Shown: in pieces, positions 24,273 through 36,950 of the stretch
How the letters are laid out: each line of letters opens with the position of its first letter
Position numbering within the stretch: position 1 is the stretch's first letter
From: Macrostomum lignano
Taxonomy: Eukaryota
DNA: 64,000 bases
Direction of reading: 5' to 3'
Assembly: GCA_002269645.1 (NCBI GenBank)
Contig: NIVC01000139.1
Location: 179,591 to 243,590 of the forward strand
Position numbers and translations under genes: made by a program
The notes under the pieces: model-generated
Seen by the model: only the letters and a program-made list of their open reading frames with translations
What the model was told of the DNA's origin: nothing
The model's database searches: none

Positions 24273-25177
24273 CTAGCCAAAGTTATCATCGCGGATAGCA
24301 CGGAGCGTGAGCAGGTGTCCCATATCCAGTCCGTATGGCGTGTAGTTGTAGAAAAACGCCAACAGAAAGCGGCCAGCCGCCAGAACCGTCAGGAGACCGA
24401 TGGTGAAGTAGATTGGTGCTGCGTGCTTCTCACTATTGTGTGAGTTCAGTCTGTCGCTGTGCTCCAGTCGCACGTATCTGAATCGGGGTGCGTTGATGTC
24501 GAGATAAAAAGTAAGCGACGTCAATGTATATTTGGTATATCTGCACTACTGGGTGAACAAGAAAGCTGGCTTACATGCTAAGCATATAGATTCCTATTCC
24601 AGACAGGAATACTAGCAGTGCATAGTTGTAGAACAGTGTGTGGACCTGGTCGCGCGCCGAAGGGAGCTCAGGCCTCATGCGCAACCGGGGCAGGGGCTGG
24701 AATGCCTCGGCCTGCAGCCACCGCTTGCGCTGCAGCATTTTCAGCATGTCCCGCATCGGGAGCGGCTGGCCAAGACTGCTACAAACTTCACTCGGGTCCA
24801 CGTTTGAAAGGCTGTTAGACTCCATCACTTCGCGAAAGCTAGGAATCACACTGTAGTCTTCTAGCTCTTTCTGGGCAGACTGCGCAGCGGCTGTTTTCAC
24901 TGGAATGTCATCCATCGAGTATGGTCTGGGCCAATGCATATTTCATGTATGTAAGATTTAATTTTCATGCATTTAACGTGTACATTGTATACATATTACT
25001 ACGAGATTACCTACGCCATAAATTGCCGCTATAAATTGGCCAATGGTTGGCCAACACATTCTATGCAATGTAAATAAATAAAAGCGTACGCATTACCTCG
25101 CTTAAGTGGCAGCTTTGAAGAGCTGAACCATTCCACTTCTTCTCGTAAGCCCATGCCGTGCATTTTTTGTCGAACAT
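24273..25177 (-). CDS. Uncharacterised ~249-aa protein with two predicted TM segments; join complement(25097..25177,25011..25060,24575..24925,24273..24540)
   Basis: Three GT-AG introns (36, 85 and 34 nt) join four open segments into one 750-nt frame. Hydrophobic stretches are TLFYNYALLVFLSGIGIYMLSIY and PIYFTIGLLTVLAAGRFLLAFFY. A minus-strand AATAAA lies near 24175. The start codon is uncertain (out-of-frame ATG at 25190). Confidence 0.65.
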
Positions 25178-25704
25178 TGGCCACGTCCATTAACGAGAGG
25201 ATCAATTAGTTAATTATACGCTCATATTTTGTTGGAGATTCAGATCAAATATAAAGAAAGTAAGCCTAATTTTTATTGCCTAGATTTCTCGGGCCCGAAA
25301 CATCTCGTAATTGCAATCACCAGAAATGTTTTCTATGGTCTAACCTGCCCCGTATAAAAAAAGACAGCGGGTCAACAAGATAAAATCAGGGGGCCGATTA
25401 CCAATCATACGAGTACTGCTCAAAATGACACTACAGTGAATTTTCACCCACAAAGAATAGGAACAGTAAAAATGATGTCAACTGTCAATGTGTAACAATT
25501 GTACCACGTAGTATAACAATACTCAACTACACTACATGTACTACTAACTACATGTACTACATACACTACTATACTAACTACAGTCGGATAATACTTCGGG
25601 TGGAACAAAGTTTTGTCGTTTATGCTATAATTCTGCTAAAAATAGCTATTGAATCCATAATTTTTCACCTATACATGTAATCAAAAATCGCCATAGACAA
25701 ACTG

Positions 25705-26249
25705 CCCGAGAAAAAACAAACCAAACTTGCTAAGTACTTAGTAAGTCAACAATGCAACCTCGTGCCAAGTACAGCCTATGAACTTTCCAAGTTTTCCAAG
25801 TACATTCGATAAGTACTTTCCAAGTTTTCCAAGTACATTCAATAAGTACCTTCCAAGTTTTCCAAGTACATTCGATAAGTACTTTCCAAGTATGAGATGT
25901 TTCTTGAGTCACTTCTCAAGTACTTTCCGATAAGTATGCGATTTTTTCTTAAGTCCCTTCTCAAGTACTTTCAAAGTAACTTGAGAAAGTTGTAGACATA
26001 TATGTAAACGTAGGATGTGTATTTTGCAAACTTAGAAAGTCAGCCAAGTAGCGCGCTGCTTTGGATACTGTCCAGAGAGACAGGGCGTGTACTTTGTAAA
26101 CTTTGCAAGTCGATTGAAGTTGGGCAAAAACATTATATACTCGTACACTTCTTAAGTTCATGACAATGATGCTTAGCAAACTTTGGTAAGTCAACAATGT
26201 CATCCAAGTACATGGTTGACTTGGGAAGTTTGTCATGTTTTTTCCCGGG
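25705..26249. mobile_element. MITE-like element with ~30-bp imperfect TIRs and an internal 33-bp tandem repeat (25782..25890, ~3.3 copies)
   Basis: Left end cccgagaaaaaacaaaccaaacttgctaag versus the reverse complement of the right end, cccgggaaaaaacatgacaaacttcccaag. Repeat unit actttccaagttttccaagtacattcgataagt at 25782, 25815, 25848 and 25881. Confidence 0.6.
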
Positions 26250-26689
26250 TGGCTGCTAAAAATGATTGATACGAGAAAAACTCACTTAGAGTCAGGCTCA
26301 AAACCATTGAGTGTCTATAGGGCATGCAACGAGCCTAGGAAAAGCACAGTCGAAGCATGGAGCTTGACAAGACGCATTTTCAATTTTACACGGCTACTCG
26401 CCTAAAGCTCGATGATTCAGCTACCGAAGTCCACCAAGAAGATCTGATAGCTGCTTGGGGGCGATGCTGTTTTATCCTGAGTTAAAATGTTCCAGCGCGG
26501 TTAAAATGTTTCAAGTTTTTACCGGTTTGCTTGTCTGAGGTACTGAGGTACTTACTTTGTTCCACCTGTAGTACTATTACTTGGTGTAACACTATGGCTT
26601 CATTGGCGTTATATATACGAGCGTATGTACATGTACTACATGGTAGCTATGTTTAGGTGCCGAATAGCTGACCGATCGCTAGCAACGAG

Positions 26690-27130
26690 CCCAGACTCAG
26701 GCCTGCTCAGGAACTTCTTTAACTCAGCTGCGAGGGACGGCCTGAAGGTGCGCCTCTTCCGCGCGGCCGTGGAGTCGATCCTCCTGTACGGCATGGAAGC
26801 GGTGCCGATGATCGAACGACACACGAGAGCGAGTCCTGGGACGTGCTCTACAGGTCCCTACTGCGCTACGCCCTGGGGAAGTGCACTAACCTAAAAGGTT
26901 GCCGTCCAGAGAACTGATGTTCCAGATCTGAGCATCACCATGCGCCGACGCCGCCAGATGATGCTGGGTCACTGCCTCCGGAGTCACAGCCCAGCGACCA
27001 AGTCCGGCCCGTTGGCGTTGGTCCTCCTACACCAGCCGATGGAGCGGAAGTGCGATGCGCTTGGCCCCAGGCGAACTTTGATGCTGACAGACTTTTGTGG
27101 CTGACCGCAGGCGCTGGGGTCTCAGCCCCA
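26690..27130 (+). mobile_element. Decayed 3' fragment of an RTE-like LINE (divergent family)
   Basis: KVRLFRAAVESILLYGMEA and, after frameshifts, IITMRRRRQMMLGHCLR; these parallel LFQAVIETVLLYNAE and LLRRRRLQLAGHVIR in the 39-40 kb element. Confidence 0.7.
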
Positions 27131-28007
27131 GACCGTTAGCTTCCTGCCCCTCCCGTCTGTTTCGCGAGCGCGTGTGCGCAATTGAGCTCTCACTAGATTT
27201 TGCATTTCTCTACGATCTAAGTGTATATATGTATCTCTATATCCTATGTGTCGGCTACACATGTATAATGGTGATCGAGAGCCTACATTATCGATTCACG
27301 GGCTGCGCAGGTTCTTCTTTTTGTTGTTGTTTCTTGCTTAGGTTTGATACTCACGATCAAAAACTACGCTCGTAAATCCATGAAAGTTTTTGATTTTTCT
27401 AGTAGCTTAACTAGAGTTTCTTAAAATGGCTTAATGACTTTAAATAACTTCAAGTTGATTTCAAGTGCCATTTTAACATAATCATTAAAGTGAAACAAAT
27501 TACATGACAAGGACTGCTCACGAGTAGAAAGCACGGGAAACCTCGTTTCTTGGAAAACTTTAGGAGGCAAGGTTTTTCCGAAAAAATACACTACGGAGAT
27601 TAGGGCTAAACGGTTCTATCTTCTACAAAATGATCTTGCTGCTGATACCAAGCTGTGCTAGCAGACTACTTCTCTCTCTCTCTTTTCAATCCTAAAAAGC
27701 TACCAATAAAGTTATCTTAGGGGTTGTTTTTTTCTTATTCAAACCCTACTATTTAAGCCACCACGCTGTTACAGGGTTAATAGGCCAGGCCTACATGTTA
27801 GTTCTCTTACAACTCTTCTTGTACCTTTTAATAGTATCTCATGTATAGCATATATATTTCTTACTGGTAGTGTATGCGCTTCTTACTGGTAGTGTATCTG
27901 CTATTTACTGGTAGTTAGAGGTCACAATCACAATCCCGGGATTAAAGGCTTTTTCCGGGATCCCGGAGGATTCACAGGGTTGGGATTCAATCTCGGAAAG
28001 TTAATGC

Positions 28008-31000
28008 TGACTTACTTCTTGACTTAGCTGCAGGGCTGTCCGAAGACGCAGCGGGGAGGCGAGCGTCGCCCATTCCGCTAATCCCTGAAAGGCCCGCATA
28101 GGCTAGGGCGCGGAGCCGGTCATGGAGGTCTGCCGGTCCTGTCTGCAGCGTTGTCTTCGGTGGGGAAGACGGAGGCTCGTTTGGTGGCCCGGAGGAACCG
28201 GATGAGCCGTGGGATGTTCTCGGGCCGGAAATCGTCGTTTAGGGACGGGTTGGGCCCGAGGTGGTTGAGCCGGTGTTACGGTTTAGAATCTCCGGGGCTC
28301 CGGCCAGTTTTGGGTCGCCGGTCCGGAGACCGCAAACGGGCTGAGATCTCCGACCGGAGACCTTAAAGGGTTTAAGACCCCCTTCAGAGACTGCAAACTA
28401 TCAGGGGCAGTCCTTCTGGAGACTGCAACCAGTAGAATCTAAACAGACTTAAGAGTCTCAACAGACTCAACTAAACTCAAGGAACACTAGACTTGAGCGA
28501 GACGTCTCTAACACAACGGGCGCAAATAAGGAAGGCTTACCGCAACAACTCGACCGAGTCTTGATTGACTTGGTGATCAGGAAGTCCTCCTAAGGCTTCC
28601 TCTTCGGAGCTTCTCCTATCGTCGGGAGTTGGCTCCGGGTCCGCTTCGGACCACTTGTATTTATAGGCGAATTTGCAGTCCAAAATAGCATAACAACTCA
28701 TGTGTTGCGCTAAAAGGGTAACATAACTTATTGTGTATTATACAGTAACATGGTTCATTGTTGTTGCGCATGCGTGCACTTACCTACTTACAGTAGCATC
28801 CTATGATTAACTTCTTTTACCCTTTTTACGGGAGGTAGAACACTCTACACGATATACGTTGCGACCGAGGTACCTGGTCACCATGTAGACCTGCTGACTC
28901 CAGGTGTATCGCATCTTGCCACCCTTTCGATCATCCCTCCGCAGATTTCGAAGGCGAACTCTGTCCCTTCGCTAAGGATAAATGGAAGCATATGAACTTG
29001 CTACGAGAGTCTAGCATGGCGGCGATCTCTAACCTTAACTTATGTCATGGTTTCTGATATCCGTGTGGGCGATCGTAAAATCGCATAATTTTTCGTGTTG
29101 GAACTCCGGGCCGGAGATCTTTAACTCCGGAGAACAGAAACCCTAACACCGGTCTCGGTTGAAGGCCGGGCAGTAGCAGACGAAGTGCTTGTCGTCTTTG
29201 TTCTCGAGGTTGCAGAAAGGGCAGAGTTCGCTCCGGCGAACACTTCGGAGGAAACAGTGCCTGGCAGATCAACCGTGACCTGTGAAGGTCATAGTGAGAG
29301 CGCGGATATCTTTTCGATTTTGGTTCAAAAGGATTCTCCGCAACTTGAGGGACAGATTGGGCATTGCCGCACGGGATTGGCGGCAGTTGGAAATGCCATC
29401 CCATCTGCGCAAGTGCAGGATGTCCGCCCAGTCGTTAATCTGACGATTAATGACCGTGGCGGGAATGGGGGCCAGGGGCACTGGGCCAAGGAGCGAGCCG
29501 GAACAAACCGCCTTGGCGAGGGAGTCGGCGACCTCGTTACCTTTGAAGCCGGCGTGTCCTGGGATCCACGTAAGCCGGACGGTGTTCCTCCGAGCCAGCT
29601 TGTTGAGCTGCCCAATACAGTCACGGACTGTTCGGGAGTTCGTAGTGGTGTGACACAAAGCCTGCAACGCGGCCTGGCTGTCAGAGTGAAAGAAGATTAT
29701 TCTGTCTTTGAAGTCCCTGCAGTGGAGCTCAGCTGCACAGGAGCTGAGGGCAAGGACTTCGTTCTGGAAGACGCTAGAGAGTGAGTGGCGATCACGCGGC
29801 CGTTGATAAGGATGCAGACTCCAAAGTCGGATAAACCGTCTTTGGAGCATCCGTCAGTGAAGCAGTGAACCTCCTGAGGGGCCCAGCTGTCGTTGGCGTT
29901 CTCCCTAGAGGGGACAACGAAGCGTTGGTAGAGATTGAGGGAGCGCGGCTCAGCGTCCGAAAGGACAGTCGCACTCCCACTCTCCTCCAGAACTTTAAGG
30001 CACAGGTCAGAGTGCGGCAGGAGCTTGCGCTTTGCCATCGCTCTTTGTGGCTTGAAGCTAACGCCAGCCTCGATGAGCCGGCGGGTGGTTTTAGCAGCCT
30101 CGCGACGGACGAAGATGTCCAGGGGCGGGAGGCAAAGAAAGGCGTTGAGGCCGTCAAAGGGAGCAGAGAGCGGGGCATTCGGGATCATGCGGCACGCGCG
30201 TCCCTGCACCTTTTTAAGGGTTTCGTGGCAAGTTTTAATATGCAAGGCGCTGGTCTAGACTAGGCCGGCGTAAGTAACGGCTGGCCGGACCATTGCGGTG
30301 TAGATCCACCAGAGCCGCTTCGGGGTGAGGCCCCAAGTGGTGCCGACGGCTTTGCGCAACTGCGCAAGAATCGCAAGGGCTTTTTTGGTTTTGGCCTGAA
30401 CGTGGGTGGACCAGCTCAGCCTGTGGTCCAGCGTAACGCCGAGACACTTGGTTTGCTTGCAGGATGGGAGTTCCACCCCGTAAAGCTTTAGTGGGCGAAT
30501 ACGCCAGTTGACCCTGCTGGTGAACATGATCGCGACAGTTTTGGTCTCAGAGAGCCTGAGGCCGCACCTGTTCGCCCATTGTTCAGCAGAGCGAATAAAG
30601 TTTTGCAGAAGGTCCCTAAGGGTTTCAGGTGACGGTCCGGATGCTACGGTTGTAACATCATCGGCGTAACCGACCTTAAGGATGGGGTCAAGATGGCTGT
30701 CCTGAAGGAGCTCATCGATGACCATGTTCTAGAGAACTGGAGAGAGAACACCACCCTGGGGGCTGCCTTTGCAGACGGTTACCGTCCGTTGGTGGCCCAG
30801 CAGGTGTGCGGTGGCAGTACGGTGGCTGATCATATGATCCACGGGGTGAGGGGCGAGTGGGTTCCTCTAGCACGTAGAGCTCTGTCAAAAGCCTCAAAGA
30901 GGACATTATCGAAGGCTGTCGAGGAAGACGGCGAGAGCGTAGCCATTACCAAGAACGGCTTTCTCCAGCATGTCGACCAAGACGTGAAGCGCGCTCTCCG

Positions 31001-34000
31001 TGGACCTGCCTGCCCCAAAGGGTTCTCTGCTGGTTCTCACTGAGCGGCTTGTTCTTCAGTTCCACAGAGAGGAGGCGCCAAAACACCAGTCTCTCCAACA
31101 GCTTCACCAGTGAGGAGGTGAGGCTGATTGGTCTAAAGGATTTAATGGACCGGTAGTCCGGTCGGCCGGGCTTGGGGATAAAAACCACCTTGGCCTCGGT
31201 CCAGGGTTTCGGAACAAAGCCGAGTACAATGCAAGCTTTCAGGAGCCGGCAAAGGTTCCGCAGGAAACCGGTGCATTTCACCGCCTCACGCAGGAAGGCT
31301 GGCACAACGCCGTCCGGTCCTGGGGATTTGAAGGGTTTGAAGGAGGAGACTGCTTTAGTAACGCGGTCCTCCGTAATGATTGAGTCAGCCAGTACGTGTC
31401 CGCCCAGTGAATGATCAGGGGGGTCGGGCCTGGCTGGCTCATTCGGGAAAAACGCTGTTAGCATCGCCTCCAGCGTTTCTCCTGGGTTCTTAGTGAGCGA
31501 GCCGTCGGCTCTCTTTACTGAGGAGAGTTGGACATTTTGTCCAGAGTGAGGGCTTTTACGATTCTGGAGGTGGGGCGGGAGCCCTCAAGTTCCTCACAGT
31601 ACTCTCGCCACTTATTGGTTTTGGCGTTCGTAACCTGCCTCTTGAACTCGTGGATAGAGTTCAGGTAGGCGGTTTGGTCGGCCGGATTTTTAGTTTTTTG
31701 GGCCCTACGGTGAAGCCTTTTAGCTCTGTGACGGAGGTCGCCAAGCTGCGGGTTCCAACATGGGGCCGACTGTTTGCCTCTGTATACCTTTAGTGGGCAT
31801 GAGGCTTCGAAGGCAGCAGTGAGCGAGTCCATAAGTGCGGCCGCAAATTCATCTGCTTCCTCGCAGGTGTTGATGGAGACTGGAGTGCTAGTGCAGCGAT
31901 AGGTCTCCTCCAGGGCAAGCCTGAAGGCGGTCCAATCGGTATTCCTAGCATTCCGTTTTCAGTAAAGCTGGCCTGCGTTTCGGGCGCTGACCAGCGTGAA
32001 AGAGATGAACTTGTGATCGGAGAGGGACGCCTCGGGAAGCACCCGCCACTCCCTAGTAATCTGGAAGAGCCTGGGCGTAGCGAGGGTGGCATCCAGCACC
32101 TCCGATCGGCGTCCGTTATTGAAGGTAGGGGTACTACCCGAGTTACAGAACTCAAGGGTTGTAGTAGTTATATAAGCCAGGAAGTCTTCACCTCTCTGGT
32201 TAATATCAGAACTGCCCCAGTGGGTGTGGTGGGCGTTTATATCCCCTGCCATAAGCAGCTCATAATTCCTGGTGGAGCAAAGCTCGACCAATGTGACAAG
32301 CTCTCCTGGGATCATCTCGCCGTCGCCCGTTAGGTAAACTGAGGCGATGAGGGTAGTCCTCCCAGGGAGTAAGTCTTCAGATTGGATGACACAGATGTCC
32401 CTGGTGGACAGGTCCGATCTGAGCCATGCGTTAATAGAACTGGACACCATGATGCAAGATCTTGGTGCCAGGTTTCCCTCCCGGGTGCCAGCGGTTAGAC
32501 ACTGGTAGCCGGTGGGGACACTTTGGGGGCTGCCCCTAAGCGCCCACGGTTCCTATGGATAAGGATAATCCGGGGTGCGTATTGGTCAGTGTGCTTCAAG
32601 AGGTTGACTGAAGCAGCAATGCTATGCTGCAGGTTGACCTGCAAGCAGTGAATGCCCTGGGAGACAGTCATGTCTACTGTCCAGGGGAGGGGAAAAGCAA
32701 CTCATTCTCAGCCTCATCGGTGAACGTTGAGTCGCCAATTTCCTTTGGTTCAGGCTCAGCCGCCTCCCCAGCCGCCGCGGAGGCGGACACTGCGCCGATG
32801 AGTCACCGTGAGTCACCTAGCCGCGCAGCACCGTCCCCCTCCCCAGCGACTGGGGACGGCTGTTGCCTTCGCCTTGCGCCCGTCCGGGCTCGGCCGGCAG
32901 CATCCTCCTGGTAGCAATCCCACCAGTTGGATGGCTGAGCCGTGCCGTCGTCCAGCTCCTTCGGCTGGTTTGTGTGTTTTTACGAGCGGCACGAGTCCGC
33001 TCGAGGTGAAGTCTCATACACTGAGCTTCGTCAAGTGCGCGCTGGAATAGCGCGGACCGCCGGTTACTGCGGGTGGGTTTATGTCCACATGAGGCAGACT
33101 CAGCAGCGCGAAGTGCCTTATTAGGCTCGGGATCGGGTTGCTGCTGCCGCTTGGCCGGCGGAGCCTGGGCCCCATGCTCCGGGTGCGGCGCGCTTCCCAT
33201 CGTTCTTGGCCTCCACCTTGCCCTCCTCACAGCGGAGGATGGTCAGTTGGTGGAGACCAAGGTGGAGGTTTGAGCCGTGCGGTAGCCGCTTGGCTCATCC
33301 CTCCGTCAGGCCGAGGATGACGGTGGCCCCGGTCGTGCCCTTGCGGACCGTGCTGTGGTACACAAGACCACTGGCGTCGAGATCCGAGTGCCGCTTGAGC
33401 AGGAGCTGCCGCAGCTGCTCCCCGGACTTGATCGCACTGTCGGCCGGGACCCAAATCCGATGGCGGATGGCCTTCGGCCGCTCGCTCTCCAGGGCGAAGG
33501 TCAGCTGGCCCAGGTCGCTGTGCCAGTGGAACATGGGCAGCTGATCCCGCAGGAGCTGGGTGCTCTCCTCGGATTTGCACAACAGTAGGATGCACCCGTT
33601 CGCCTTGGTGGACTTAACGATGTCCACGAAGACGCCCTCCAGGGTTGGATTGAGCAGGCCCTCGTCGATGGTGCGCCACGCGACGTCGAGCTGCTCGGGC
33701 GTCAGGTCGAAGTCCCCGCCGAGGATCATCACGGCGGGTTGCAGCGGCTGCTTGACCTTGGAGGCGTAGGACTCGGAGGTCTTGAGCGGGGTCGCTTTCT
33801 CCTTGGAAGGTGGTTGCCCCCCTGAGAGTCCGAGGACACGGCGGTTCCTGACGGCCCAGCCGCGCCACCGGACTCCCCAGAGGGCTTCCCCGTCGCAGTG
33901 GCTCCCGAAGGCCTCACCGCGGCTTGCCCGCCCTTCGCGGACGCAGCAGCAGCCCGCTGCTCCTGCCGCTTAAGGTTGCGGCGGATGTTTCGCTGCCGTC

Positions 34001-34707
34001 GGGACTCAGCCGTGCGCGGTCGGCTAGACTGGCGGCCAGGACGATCGGCGGCAGCGTCAGCTGGCCCGGTTTGGCCAGGTTGGGCGTTGGAGCTACCATG
34101 GTAGCTACCGGAGCGGCTGTCGGCTGATCCCGGTGGGCCGGTGGCGACCGGGTCAGAATTTTGTTGGTGGTGGTGGCGTTAGTGGCCATAGCTGAAAAGC
34201 GGGGGAGGGCTACTCGTTACGCGAGTTGAGTACCCGAATGGCCGACACCCCAAGCCAGCCGGTTTGAAAAAGGGGACCGCTAGCGACCGGACTACTACCC
34301 GGCCTTCCAGCCCATCGGCAAGGTCAAACACCTTAGGCATTAGAAGGTATTCATACGTCAAGCAGTACCACGGCCTGCAGGCTGGCGAGCCAGACCCGCG
34401 CATACCCAAATTCGGCCGAACCACTGGATGGGTCCCCAGCGCCGGAGCCCAGTCTGTCCAGCAGCCCTAGGGTCTCCCTTGAACACGCGCGGGGACGTGT
34501 ATGATGTGTATCCCTGGGTCGACTTGCGAGACAGCGTGGGGGGGGGGGGGTCTGCGGCTGCCAGAGGCAAGAGGGTGCAGGCCTCCCACATAGCCTTCTT
34601 GACCTGTTGAAGATAGGGGCAGGCGTGAAGCATCGCAGACCTTAGCCCATAGGCCTAGTCTGTCTCATACTTCACTGGCATATGCTGAATGCGCCTTCGC
34701 GTGCTGA
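28008..34707 (-). mobile_element. Full-length but decayed LOA/R1-group non-LTR retrotransposon: ORF1 ~34189..33073, ORF2 32671..28120 (APE, RT, RNase H, CCHC)
   Basis: The 11-bp TSD aaagttaatgc lies at 27997..28007 and 34708..34718. APE: LQVNLQHS..., LLMAGDINAHH, SDHKFI. RT: KSPGPDG, FRPISLTS, VGYADD. RNase H: CFTDG, SDSQAAL, WIPGHAGFKGNEVADSLAK. C-terminus: CPFC...KHFVCYCPAF...RLIRFLRATKR. Many stops and frameshifts. Confidence 0.9.
28274..29148 (-). mobile_element. Solo LTR (875 bp, gypsy-like) inserted in the LINE ORF2 C-terminus
   Basis: TG...CA ends with inverted terminal similarity (tgttacgg / ccctaaca) and a 4-bp TSD CCGG at 28270..28273 and 29149..29152. A minus-strand TATA-like ctataaata lies near 28660. 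Removing the LTR restores the frame FNRDR|LNHLGPNP. Confidence 0.88.
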
Positions 34708-34729
34708 AAAGTTAATGCCACTGTTATAA

Positions 34730-36771
34730 TCTCTAACTATAAAAATCAAAACTCTGTCTGTGTGTCTGTCTGTCTGTCTGTGTGTGGACAATTTTGATCG
34801 CTATGGACTCCCAAACCGCTCAACCAAATTACACCAAACTTTACACCCACCCTAAACTTACTACGGAGAATGTCTTAGGTTACCTTTTAATTTCCTAGAC
34901 TCAAGTCTTCCTACCTAAAAGTACAAAAAACTGCTCAAAATGCGCGATTTTTTCACTAAATCCTCCATAGCGCCGCTCCACTTCTACCGATTCTCTTCAA
35001 ATTTGACACAGGCAATTTTCAACTATTTTGACACAATCGTGTAAAATTTCAAATCTCAAAGTTAATCCTGAAAGCCGCGGTGCACTTTTAAAGTTAGGCT
35101 GTTTTTTCAGCGTAGCAACCACCCCAACCTCCACCCGCCTGCCTCTCTTTCCCGATCTGGGCAAAGGGTGCAAATAGGTTTTTAAACGACTAACTTTGGG
35201 CTGCCATAAGTTTGCTTCACGTGAAGCGCTTAACTTCAAATTTGACACAATTCTTCATTAACTTATTCTCTGTCTAAATGTAAAGTCTCAACTCTGTATC
35301 TCAATCAGGACGGAAACTGTAAGCATGTGAAGTTTGTCTGCTTTTTCTGTTGTTTGTGCCACTCACTCACTCCACTCATTGCCCCAGAGCCAGACGAAGG
35401 ATCAGGCGGTAGGACTGAATGTACATAGCAAATGTACAGTGTTTTGGAATAACTTTATTTATAGCCTTCTCTGCACCCCCGCGCGTGGAGAGGCTACGTT
35501 TAGCCATGACAGTTTAGTGAGAAATTCTAACCACTGCCCTCCCCTCTGTATTGGCAAACTCTGCAGCAGTTTAACAGTGGATGGCAATTGGCAAATCGAG
35601 GCAATCCAGCATAGTTTGTAAAAGCGAAATATTTATGAAAAGGCGATGCGATGCAATGAAATACAACCCTACTAAATTAGGCACACCATGGAAATTTTAG
35701 GTTTCTTTTAAAGGTACTGTGTAAATTTTAAATGGCCTCCTAAGAAATGCGTATTTCCTTGGTTGTTAGACTGATGCAGACTGCAGTGGAGCTGAAGATA
35801 CACAAATTCCTTTCAGGGCTGCAAATTGGCAAGAAAGATGACGTGATCAAAGCATGAGAATAACGATGAGAGTAGTACGTCCCACAAACTGGCTTTCGAA
35901 GCAGTGATCGGCAGACTTTTACTTCAAAAGCCAGATAAAGAATCCAGCTTATGTGCGGGCCAGATGAGAGTGGAAAGGAAGGAATAGACTATTAGAAGAG
36001 AGGAGAGGCGAGACGGGGATAAGAGAAAACATGGAAGATAAGAGGAGAGACAAGTGGTGAGGAGAGAGCAGAGAAGAAGGGAGGAAGAAGCGAGAGGAGG
36101 GGAGAAAGGAGGGAGAGGAAAGAGTAAAGGTGAGAAGAGGGGAGAGATGAGACAGAGGATCGATGAGAGGAGAGTAGGGAAGAGTGAGAAAAGAGTAGAG
36201 ATGAGAGAGCAGAAAGAAGATGACAGAGGGTCAAGAGGAGAGGAGAGAGTAGAAAGGATAGAGAAGAGAGAAGATAAGAGGGGGAGAGAAGAGTGAGAAG
36301 AGAAGAGATAGAGATAATAGAGATAAGAGAGGGATGTAAGAAGAGGGGAGAAAGGAGAGATGAGATTGTAGAGATGAGACAAATGAAAGGAGAGATGAGA
36401 GAGTAAAGATAAGAGATGAAAAAGGTGAGAGGAGAGTGCAGAGAGATGAGAGAAGATATTAGAGGAGAGAGAGTATAGAAGAGGGAAGAGAAAAGAAGAG
36501 AGGAGTAAGGAAAGAGAGGAGTCAGAAGAGGTGAAAGAGAAGAGTACAGAGGAGATAAGTGAGAGAACGTATTAGAGAGTAAAGATGACAGATGAGAGAG
36601 CAGAGATGAGGGTGAACAGACGAGAGATGGGAGAGTAGAGAGAACAGATGAGAGATAAGAGAGAAGAGATTACAGAGACTAGAGGAGAGAGGAGAGACAG
36701 GGAGAGAGAAGAGGAAATAGGAGAATGAAGAGGGGAGAGAGTAGAGAGTAGAAGAGGGATGGGAGAGGAGA

Positions 36772-36864
<93 letters not shown>

Positions 36865-36900
36865 GAAAGAGAGGAGAGAGAGAGACAGAGAGAGAGAGAC

Positions 36901-36950
<50 letters not shown>

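Noticed and set aside
24273-24524. Resemblance of LDINAPRFRYVR...TM to the Rieske protein N-terminal region
   Set aside because: The similarity is too weak, and no 2Fe-2S domain follows.
25730-25912. ORF with repeated TWKVLIEC units
   Set aside because: It is the translation of the 33-bp tandem repeat inside the MITE.
27920-28007. Possible hAT-like terminus (cagtggcattaactttcc on the minus strand once the LINE is removed)
   Set aside because: No matching opposite terminus was found in the window.
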